Assembly: GCA_000091165.1 (NCBI GenBank)
Contig: FP565575.1
Coordinates: 1,800,001 to 1,832,000, forward strand
DNA: 32,000 nucleotides
Direction of reading: 5' to 3'
From: Candidatus Methylomirabilis oxygeniifera
Lineage (GTDB): Bacteria; Methylomirabilota; Methylomirabilia; Methylomirabilales; Methylomirabilaceae
Shown: one piece after another, positions 15,851 through 22,759 of the stretch
How positions within the stretch are numbered: the first letter of the stretch is position 1
How the letters are laid out: the number at the start of each line of letters is the position of its first letter
Position numbers and translations under genes: made by a program
Notes under the pieces: generated by a model
What the model was told of the DNA's origin: nothing
Seen by the model: only the letters and a program-made list of their open reading frames with translations
Databases searched by the model: none

Positions 15851-16211
15851 AAGAAACCGATCGATCGTACTCCACAAGCAGTTGGGCGTACCGTTTGATG
15901 TCGATCTTCTCGGCCACCGGCACACGCTTGAGGTCTTCGTCCAAGACCCCACGGGTCTGGGCTCACCCCCCTCAGAGATAGATCGGGATCTGATGATCCA
16001 CGGCAAACTGAAACAGCTCGTCGAGCGGTGGAAGACCATAGGGCTTGACGTGCTGCCGAAACTCCGGCTTGATCAGAACCGTCGCATCGAGCGCCAGTAC
16101 AATGCCGACGTCGATGCCCGACTCCTTCGCGCCCTTCGCCACGAAGAACGGCATCGCCGCCCGCGTGGAGTTATCGTACCCATGGGTTGCCGTAATCAGC
16201 AATCTCGCCAT
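15846..16211 (-). CDS. DsrE/YchN-family sulfur-relay-like protein; putative selenoprotein with two in-frame UGA codons (U-G-G-U); 121 codons
   Basis: RBS GGAGGGAGGGG. The 79-aa track ORF stops at TGA 15974-15972. The same frame reads TGA GGG GGG TGA, then 38 sense codons AQTRGVLDEDLKRVPVAEKIDIKRYAQLLVEYDRSVSY, to TGA 15848-15846. The motif IPIYL-U-GG-U-AQTRGV lines up with the L-C-xx-C-xxxRG(I/V) active-site region of YchN/TusD-type proteins. Total length matches the family. Confidence 0.55.
15932..15960 (-). promoter_or_regulatory. Candidate bacterial SECIS hairpin(s) downstream of the two UGA codons
   Basis: Minus strand: CCAGACCC-GUG-GGGUCU(U)GG (15960-15941), with the paired stem starting 11 nt after UGA1. 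An overlapping alternative, GGUCUU-GGACG-AAGACC (15948-15932), starts 14 nt after UGA2. Confidence 0.35.
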
Positions 16212-16265
16212 CGTCCCCTCCCTCCTTCTCCTTGAAGCTCTGTTTATTCAGGAGTTCACAATACC

Positions 16266-16961
16266 TCAAATGTTGAGCCGCGGGGTGGCTTCCCACTCCT
16301 GGATCGCGCGGTTCCAGCGGCAGAATCCACAAGAAGATGAGCTGACTGGGGCAGGACCGCAAAGAACCGTCACAGCCTCTTTAACAAGTGCTTCAGCGGT
16401 CGTAGGATCGGTCGGAACTTCATGGACGTCAACCTGGAACTGAATAAGGCCATGTTCCTTTACTTCCACGGGATGATAGTAGATCAGATACGCGAGGCGC
16501 TTGGTCTTATGGCCGTTGCCTTCCAGCAGGAGCGTATAGAGATTCATCTGGGTCTGGTAGAATGCGTGGGTGTCGGCCTTCGGGGCATACCCCCTGGTCT
16601 TGTAGTCCAGCGGGTAGTAGAAGCCGGCCTCATCAACGAGACACTCGTCCAACGCGCCCATCACCTCCACGTCAGCCCAGGTCGGAGCATAGCGGATCCC
16701 GCGTCTCCAGTCGCGCCATCGGTCGATCGTCCGTTCGTCCGATAAGAGCCGTCCAGGAAGCTTCCCTTTCACTTCTGGCGGCAGCTCGCCCCGATCCCGG
16801 AACCGGTCAAAGTATCGCTTGAACAGGAGGTCCAGCCCGCCAGGGAGACTCGGAAAGATCGTGTCGGGGCGCTTGACCACGGCGTTGATCTCCAGCCAGA
16901 AGCAACGGGGGCACTCGGCGTACAATCCCAGGCGGCTGTTGGATAACGTGAGGCGCTTCAT
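16266..16961 (-). CDS. PD-(D/E)XK nuclease-superfamily protein, Cas4/AddB-like with probable Fe-S cysteines
   Basis: N-terminal CPRC. D-x(n)-LDYKT ((D/E)xK core). QTQMNLY (the QxxxY motif of the RecB/Cas4 fold). C-terminal C-x11-C-x2-C. No CRISPR or cas genes nearby. Confidence 0.7.
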   Translation of the reverse strand: MKRLTLSNSRLGLYAECPRCFWLEINAVVKRPDTIFPSLPGGLDLLFKRYFDRFRDRGELPPEVKGKLPGRLLSDERTIDRWRDWRRGIRYAPTWADVEVMGALDECLVDEAGFYYPLDYKTRGYAPKADTHAFYQTQMNLYTLLLEGNGHKTKRLAYLIYYHPVEVKEHGLIQFQVDVHEVPTDPTTAEALVKEAVTVLCGPAPVSSSSCGFCRWNRAIQEWEATPRLNI

Positions 16962-17034
16962 GCTGTCGTTGCGGGGCTTCTCAAAGTATTCGACGGGGAT
17001 GCGTGCAAGGGTGAGGCCTTACGGTGTCCGGCCC

Positions 17035-18567
17035 CTAGCCCTCCAGCAACTGATATTTCCCGGGTGCCAGCGATTCTTCCGGAACCAGGACAATCTCCCC
17101 GCCATAGGTCTGCTGGAGCGCTTCGATCACCTCGCCGTCTTCTGCCTGGAACCAGCCGATTAGGTCGGGATGGGCACGGATCCGGACCAGCGGGATTCGC
17201 TTGCTGAACAGCCGCCACTCGACCTCCCGAAGGACTTGATGGGCAATGGAGGGGGTTGAACGGATATGGCCAAGACCGCCGCACTCCGGGCAGGACGCGC
17301 TCAGGGCTTTATTCAAGCCTTGGCGGACCCGCTTCCGCGTCATCTCAACCAGGCCCAGCTCCGACAGAAGCGAGACGTTGGTCGGCGACCGGTCCGGCTT
17401 CAACGCCTCCTTCAGTTCCTGGACCACCCGATCCCTGCTCTCCTGCCGAGCCATATCGATGAAGTCGATGATAATGATCCCACCCAGGTCTCGTAAGCGC
17501 ACCTGGCGCGCAATCTCCTGGGCCGCCTCCAGGTTGGTCTTGAGGACCGTCTCTTCAAAATCGTGCTTACCGACATACTTGCCGGTATTGACATCGATGG
17601 AGACCAACGCCTCCGTCTCTTCCAACACGATGTAGCCTCCCGATTTCAGCCACGCCTTGTGTCGCAGCGCCTTCTCAACCTCCCGTTCGATGCCGAACGA
17701 CTTGAAGATCGGTTCGTCCTCGGTGTAGAGAAACAGATGCGACTTCAGCTCGGGATGCAGCGACTCGGCATACTCCAGGCACCGCTCGTACTCCGTCGGA
17801 CTGTCCACCACCAGACGGACCACCTCCTTCGTGAAGAGGTCGCGGAAAATCCGGAAGATCAGGTCCAGGTCCTTCTGGACCAATGCCGGGGCGGCGAGCG
17901 TTTCGGCCTTGCCTTTGATCTTTTTCCAGAGGGATCGGAGAAACTCGAGATCGGCCTCGATCTCCGCTCTCTCCTTACCGACCCCGGCGGTCCTGACGAT
18001 CACCCCCTCCCGTTGAGGGTTGATCTCTTCGATGATCTGCTTCAGCCTGGACCGTTCTCCCTCGTTCTCGATCTTCCGCGAGACCCCGACGTGCTGCTCG
18101 GTAGGCATATAGACCAGATAGCGGCCGGGCAGGGTGATGTGCGAGGTAATGCGAGCGCCCTTGGTCCCAAGCGGCTCCCGGGCCACCTGCGCGACAATCT
18201 CCTGCCCCTCCTTGAGGATCTCTTCGATGCTGGCCTGTGGGCGGCGACCTCGAGAGAAGGTCGGCCTCGGCTCCTCGTCGGGAGATTCGGCAGACTCGCC
18301 CTCCTCCCCGATGGTGAGCAACTGCTCATACTCTTCCACATCCTCAAAGATGTCCCGGACGTACAGAAAGGCGTCCTTTGCCAGACCCAGATCGACGAAG
18401 GCCGCCTGCATCCCGGGAAGGATCTTGAGCACACGCCCTTTATAAATATTTCCGGCGATGCTCTTGTTCTTCGAATCGTCGATCAGCAGTTCAACCAGCA
18501 CGCCGTCCTCCAGGACGGCCACCCGGGTTTCCACTATCGAAGAGTTCACGATGATTTCGCGTTTCAT
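17035..18567 (-). CDS. rng: Ribonuclease G/E family endoribonuclease (Rng/CafA-like)
   Basis: S1 domain IYKGRVLKILPGMQAAFVDLG. Catalytic region ALVSIDVNTGK and LRDLGGIIIIDFIDM. Zn-link CPECGGLG. Start taken at ATG 18567 (MKREIIVN), overlapping the upstream stop as ATGA. Confidence 0.9.
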   Translation of the reverse strand: MKREIIVNSSIVETRVAVLEDGVLVELLIDDSKNKSIAGNIYKGRVLKILPGMQAAFVDLGLAKDAFLYVRDIFEDVEEYEQLLTIGEEGESAESPDEEPRPTFSRGRRPQASIEEILKEGQEIVAQVAREPLGTKGARITSHITLPGRYLVYMPTEQHVGVSRKIENEGERSRLKQIIEEINPQREGVIVRTAGVGKERAEIEADLEFLRSLWKKIKGKAETLAAPALVQKDLDLIFRIFRDLFTKEVVRLVVDSPTEYERCLEYAESLHPELKSHLFLYTEDEPIFKSFGIEREVEKALRHKAWLKSGGYIVLEETEALVSIDVNTGKYVGKHDFEETVLKTNLEAAQEIARQVRLRDLGGIIIIDFIDMARQESRDRVVQELKEALKPDRSPTNVSLLSELGLVEMTRKRVRQGLNKALSASCPECGGLGHIRSTPSIAHQVLREVEWRLFSKRIPLVRIRAHPDLIGWFQAEDGEVIEALQQTYGGEIVLVPEESLAPGKYQLLEG

Positions 18568-21167
18568 TGGTCGCCGTCCAGGATCAGAGCCGTTCTCGCC
18601 ACGCGCAATTTCGTCTCCCACCCATCATACCGGCCGTTGAGGGTCTCCTTCAAGAGGTGAGCCATAATCACGTGCGGTCGTACACCACCACCCTGACCCG
18701 CACTCAGGTGGATGTCCCAGCAAAGCGCCCCTTCTTCCTCCCCCAAGACTACCAACTCCCGGATCTGCGGACGGGCGTCCACCTCGACCCGCCTCTCCTT
18801 CCGCTCTACACTCACCGGAATGCTGGGTCGATCGAGCCACTCATCGCAGAGCGCCTGAGTGCGAAGCCGCTCGCCAATCTCTTGAGCACAGCCGTTCAGG
18901 GGCAACGACACGCGATAGGCGGCCTCCCGTACTGACGTCGTCAGCGATGGCGCCGTCAACGGAACCTCCCAGGCGCGAAGCAACTGCAGTTCGGCCGCAA
19001 GGCAACGATTGACCCGCTCCACCAACTCCTCCGGCGCCATGGCCACGCGAAGCTCGATGTCCGCTAATTCCTGTCGCCCCTCAACCCCCACCGGAAGCGC
19101 GAGGGCACACGACAGTTTCGGCTGGGGGTTAAACCCCTGCGAGTAGGCCAGGGCAATCCCGGCCCGACGCAACGCTCGGCCCAGCGCCCTCATCAACTCC
19201 AGATGCGACAGAAACCGGAGCATCCCAATCTTCTGAAAAACACACCGAATGCGCTGTACCGGCGCTTCATGCAAAGTGTTGAGTGTTGAGTGTTGAGTGT
19301 TGAGCCCGCTAGCAGGATCAACACAGCGTGGACTTGCCGCTTGACACTTATCACTAGACACTGTCATTCCCACCTGTTCCGCCCAAGTCGGCCAACTCGG
19401 CATGCAGATCTCGCCGCAGGCCGTACAGGCGGCTGTATGACAATCGGGCGTCCCGCGAACCTCCATGGCCTTCTTGTACTCCCGCTGCAGGAACGCCTTG
19501 TTGACACCGGAGTCGATATGATCCCACGGCAACGGCTCATCTACGTTACGCGGCCGATTCGCGAACGCCCTCGGATCAATCCCCGTCTCGTCGAAGGCCT
19601 GCATCCACCGGTCGAACTTCAGATGTTCGGTCCAGCCGTCAAACCGGCACCCCAGCTCGTAGCCGCGCCGGACAACGCGCCCAAGCGAACGGTCGCCCAG
19701 CGAGAACACCGCCTCCAGAAACGAGGACTGGACGTTATGCCACTTATACGACACCCTGATCTCCCGAAACTTCCGTCTCAGGAACTCCTGCTTGTCCTTG
19801 AGCATCTCCATCGGCTCCTGGGCACACCACTGGAAGGGCGTATGCGGCTTCGGCACAAATGAGGAGGTGCTGACCGTCAGTCCAAAGCCTCTCGTCGACT
19901 CGGCCCGCGCGATCCTCGCCGATTCCCGCGTGATCCGAACGATTTCGTCCAGATCTTCCTGTGTCTCGGTCGGCAGTCCGATGATAAAGTAAAACTTGAC
20001 CGACTCCCAACCCGCCCTGGCGGCGTTCCGTACGGCCGTGAAGATCTGCTCCTCGTCGAACCCCTCCTTGTTGATCACCTTCCGAAGCCGACTGCTTCCG
20101 GCTTCCGGCGCGATGGTGAAGCCGGTCTTCCGAACCCGGCTGATCTCCTCGGCCACCTGCGGAAACCGGTTCAGCGTTTCGACCCGGAGAGAGGGAAGCG
20201 ACAGCGAGATCTTCTCCGGCAGGAGCCGGTCCATCAATGCAGGCACCACGTCGGGCAGGACTGTCAGATCGGCGATGCTCAACGAGGCGAGGGAGACCTC
20301 TTCGTATCCCGTCTGCCGGACCGCCTGCACGGCCAACTGCTGGATCTCCTCCGCCGATCGCTCTCGAAGTGGCCGATACAGGTAGCCCGCCTGGCAAAAC
20401 CGGCACCCCTGGGTACAGCCCCGCATCACCTCGATGCTCACGCGGTCGTGAACGATCTCCATGAACGGGACCGGGAAGGCGCCGTAATCGATCCCGTCCA
20501 GATGGATCGCCGTCCGTTTGCGGATGGTCTCGCCCTGGTGGAGTGCCGGGACGTAGCAGCCCGGGATCCTGGCCCATGCTTCAAGCAGCGCGTCACGCCG
20601 CCCGCCTGAGGCTTTCCATGCGGCCGCCGCCTCGCAGACCTCGAGGACGACCTCCTCACCGTCGCCCAGGACGAACAGATCGATGAACTCCGCGATCGGC
20701 TCGGGGTTGAAGCCGACGGACCCGCCCGCAATCACAAACGGATCGCCTTCCCGCCGCTCAGCACTTCCCAAAGGGACGCCGGCCAGGTCTAACATATTCA
20801 GGATCGTCGTATAGGAGAGTTCATACTGGAGGGTGAAGCCGATGAGATCGAAATCGGCCAGACTGTAACCGGATTCAAGGGTACACAGCGGAATCCGCCC
20901 CCGCCGCAGCAGCGCTTCCGCATCGGGCCAGGGCGCATAGACCCGTTCCGTCATAAACTCCGGTCGCCGGTTCAAGATCTGGTACAGAATCTTCAGGCCG
21001 ACATGGGACATGCCGATTTCGTAGGTATCGGGAAAGGCGAGGGCAATCTTCACAGATGTTGCGGCGGGGTCTTTCCTGACGGCGTTCCACTCCATTCCGA
21101 TATAGCGAGACGGCTTGCTGACCCCGGGAAGAATCTCGTCCACTATCGCTTGTCGGAAGCTACGCAC
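18564..21167 (-). CDS. B12-binding-domain radical SAM protein (TIGR03960-like) fused to a DUF2344/TIGR03936-like C-terminal domain
   Basis: N-terminus VSKPSRYIGMEWN. Radical SAM cluster motif CTQGCRFCQAGYLYRP. C-terminal half RIRCVFQKIGMLRFLSHLELMRALGRALRRAGIALAYSQGFNPQPK. The two halves are joined by a linker that contains the heptamer repeat. Confidence 0.88.
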   Translation of the reverse strand: MRSFRQAIVDEILPGVSKPSRYIGMEWNAVRKDPAATSVKIALAFPDTYEIGMSHVGLKILYQILNRRPEFMTERVYAPWPDAEALLRRGRIPLCTLESGYSLADFDLIGFTLQYELSYTTILNMLDLAGVPLGSAERREGDPFVIAGGSVGFNPEPIAEFIDLFVLGDGEEVVLEVCEAAAAWKASGGRRDALLEAWARIPGCYVPALHQGETIRKRTAIHLDGIDYGAFPVPFMEIVHDRVSIEVMRGCTQGCRFCQAGYLYRPLRERSAEEIQQLAVQAVRQTGYEEVSLASLSIADLTVLPDVVPALMDRLLPEKISLSLPSLRVETLNRFPQVAEEISRVRKTGFTIAPEAGSSRLRKVINKEGFDEEQIFTAVRNAARAGWESVKFYFIIGLPTETQEDLDEIVRITRESARIARAESTRGFGLTVSTSSFVPKPHTPFQWCAQEPMEMLKDKQEFLRRKFREIRVSYKWHNVQSSFLEAVFSLGDRSLGRVVRRGYELGCRFDGWTEHLKFDRWMQAFDETGIDPRAFANRPRNVDEPLPWDHIDSGVNKAFLQREYKKAMEVRGTPDCHTAACTACGEICMPSWPTWAEQVGMTVSSDKCQAASPRCVDPASGLNTQHSTLNTLHEAPVQRIRCVFQKIGMLRFLSHLELMRALGRALRRAGIALAYSQGFNPQPKLSCALALPVGVEGRQELADIELRVAMAPEELVERVNRCLAAELQLLRAWEVPLTAPSLTTSVREAAYRVSLPLNGCAQEIGERLRTQALCDEWLDRPSIPVSVERKERRVEVDARPQIRELVVLGEEEGALCWDIHLSAGQGGGVRPHVIMAHLLKETLNGRYDGWETKLRVARTALILDGDQ
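19275..19362. repeat. Heptamer-armed hairpin (AGTGTTG-type), copy 3, in frame inside the radical SAM gene linker
   Basis: Plus strand: (AGTGTTG)x4 at 19275-19302, a 34-nt spacer, then GCTTGACACTTATCACTAGACACT. Translated on the minus strand as SSDKCQAASPRCVDPASGLNTQHSTLNTLH. Confidence 0.8.
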
Positions 21168-21310
21168 TCAGGCGTCTCCTTATTCAGGTGCAGTGTATAC
21201 TGCGTCTGACAAATCATACACGAAGCCCGCGCGAAAGGCAATCCTGGAACAGTGCGTATGAGACGCGGCGTGGCGGGAAGCGGCACGTGGAGGACAGGGC
21301 CTCTGCACCT

Positions 21311-22024
21311 CTATGGTTCAATCAGGTGAGCGCGCAACGCATATCGCACTAACGCTGTTCGGTTGTCAACCTGCAGCTTCTTGCGGATTCGCGCGGCATG
21401 GTTCTCAACGGTCCGAACGGACAGTTGGAGACTCTCAGCGATCTCTCTATCGGGTAAACCCTGTGCGATATGCTGGAGCACCTGTGTCTCACGCAACGTC
21501 AGGCGCGCGCCCAGGCTGTCGTGCAACGGCTCCTCGATAAGTGGAGCCGCCGGATCGCTTATTCGCGTATAGACGATGCCGGGCGTCGTCAGGCTCTCCT
21601 CGCTGCTTCGATAGTAGATCGCGAAGCTACAGTGGAGCGGCGGCGTCTCCGAGCAGCTGCTCACACAGACCTTGACGTCGCCGATCGCCTCCGCCATGGC
21701 CCCACCAAAGAGCGCGGAGCCCAACTCGCATAGGTACGATTCGGGCTCATCCGGCTCCGTAGCCTGGCACCCCAGCACATCGACGCGAATCACGCCCTCC
21801 GACTCGACCGCAACCCGAAGCGTCCAGCCGAACTGCCCCCCTATCTCCTTCAGACACTCGGCCCAAGTATAGCCTTTTGGTCGTCCACCAGCCTGACGCA
21901 CCTGACAATACTCAGTCACCGCCTGCCGACCCAACTGCGCTCCGACACTGCGAAGCGTCTCCTGGAGCATCAGAGGGTCGAGCTGCCTCGCGGCGGCGCG
22001 AATTAGCCCAATCAGCGCCTCCAT
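21311..22024 (-). CDS. LuxR-family transcriptional regulator with an N-terminal putative V4R-like (Cys-containing ligand-binding) domain; no receiver domain
   Basis: C-terminal HTH LTLRETQVLQHIAQGLPDREIAESLQLSVRTVENHAARIRKKLQVDNRTALV. N-terminal part YLCELGSALFGGAMAEAIGDVKVCVSSCSETPPLHCSFAIYY resembles the V4R C..G..G...v.v.E..C...G...C.F pattern. Confidence 0.8.
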   Translation of the reverse strand: MEALIGLIRAAARQLDPLMLQETLRSVGAQLGRQAVTEYCQVRQAGGRPKGYTWAECLKEIGGQFGWTLRVAVESEGVIRVDVLGCQATEPDEPESYLCELGSALFGGAMAEAIGDVKVCVSSCSETPPLHCSFAIYYRSSEESLTTPGIVYTRISDPAAPLIEEPLHDSLGARLTLRETQVLQHIAQGLPDREIAESLQLSVRTVENHAARIRKKLQVDNRTALVRYALRAHLIEP

Positions 22025-22257
22025 TTAGCAGTGCCTGCCGAGGCATCGGTTGCCGACTACCGGTCTTCTCGCGAGCGTCACGGCCATCCCAGGCTTTCCT
22101 CATACCCACCCTGTATCCGGTAAAAGAACAAGGGCCAATACGATGAGGCCGTATTTGGCTGACAGCGAAGCATCAACTTACGTACAGTATAGGGTGATGA
22201 GGGCAAATGTACCTCTCTCTCTCTCTGGATTTTTTTCGCGCGCGTATGCCCTGCTCC

Positions 22258-22377
22258 CTACCGATTGCCCACAGGGGCACGAAGCGCAAATCGGACCAGC
22301 GCCGTACGGCTGCCGATCCCAAGCTTATAGCTGATCTGCGCGGCATGACTCATTCCCTCGAGTCTGCCGATGGGCAT
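22258..22377 (-). pseudogene. Remnant of a LuxR-type HTH C-terminus (39 codons)
   Basis: Minus-strand read: MPIGRLEGMSHAAQISYKLGIGSRTALVRFALRAPVGNR*. It parallels VRTVENHAARIRKKLQVDNRTALVRYALRAHL of the intact paralog. It lies 7 nt after the receiver gene stop. Confidence 0.5.
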
Positions 22378-22384
22378 CCGTGAT

Positions 22385-22759
22385 TCAGCGCTTCAGGACG
22401 TCCGCGACGGTCCTTAATAGGGCGCGGGAATCGAGAGGTTTTGGAAGGTAGGCGGCGCAACCGGCCTCCATGGCCTTTGCGTACAGTTCCGGTTGGGCAT
22501 AGGCAGTCATGACGATGATCGGAATCGATCGCGTGGCGCCATGCGCCTTGAGGCTCCGGATGAGTGTCACACCGTCGATGTGGGGGAGTTGCAGATCCAT
22601 GATGATGAGATCCGGCCGCTCGGTCGCGACCAGTTCCGGTAGGCCGACTCCATCCTCCGCCGATAGGACGGTATACCCCGCGGTCTCGAGGATCGCCGTC
22701 GCCAGCTCCCGGCTCAGCGCGTGATCCTCCACAATCAGGATCGCGGCCGACGTCAACAC
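22385..22759 (-). CDS. Stand-alone response-regulator receiver (CheY-like, no output domain)
   Basis: ILIVEDH, PDLIIMDLQLP (phospho-acceptor Asp), VMTAY and KP motifs. Start preferred at GTG 22759 (RBS GGAGAAGG), which overlaps the kinase stop. The track start at 22813 adds 18 residues. Confidence 0.85.
   Translation of the reverse strand: MLTSAAILIVEDHALSRELATAILETAGYTVLSAEDGVGLPELVATERPDLIIMDLQLPHIDGVTLIRSLKAHGATRSIPIIVMTAYAQPELYAKAMEAGCAAYLPKPLDSRALLRTVADVLKR

Noticed and set aside
15963-15974. The two TGAs as evidence for a UGA-reassigned genetic code (Trp or Gly)
   Set aside because: TGA terminates many well-defined genes in this window, including five ATGA-coupled junctions. A global reassignment is therefore excluded.
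17563-18660. 365-aa plus-strand ORF
   Set aside because: It is antisense to the well-supported RNase G gene. The composition is Leu/Arg/Asp-rich as expected for a GC-rich shadow frame, with no motifs and no RBS. The same reasoning applies to 8046..8816, 6762..7727, 7754..8365, 13690..14400, 15212..15841, 3454..4137 and 19744..20577.
19275-19304. Tandem heptamers as a possible CRISPR or VNTR array
   Set aside because: The units are 7 nt long and have no spacers. Each array is paired with a complementary arm, giving hairpin architecture. No cas genes are present; the PD-(D/E)XK nuclease at 16266 is solitary.
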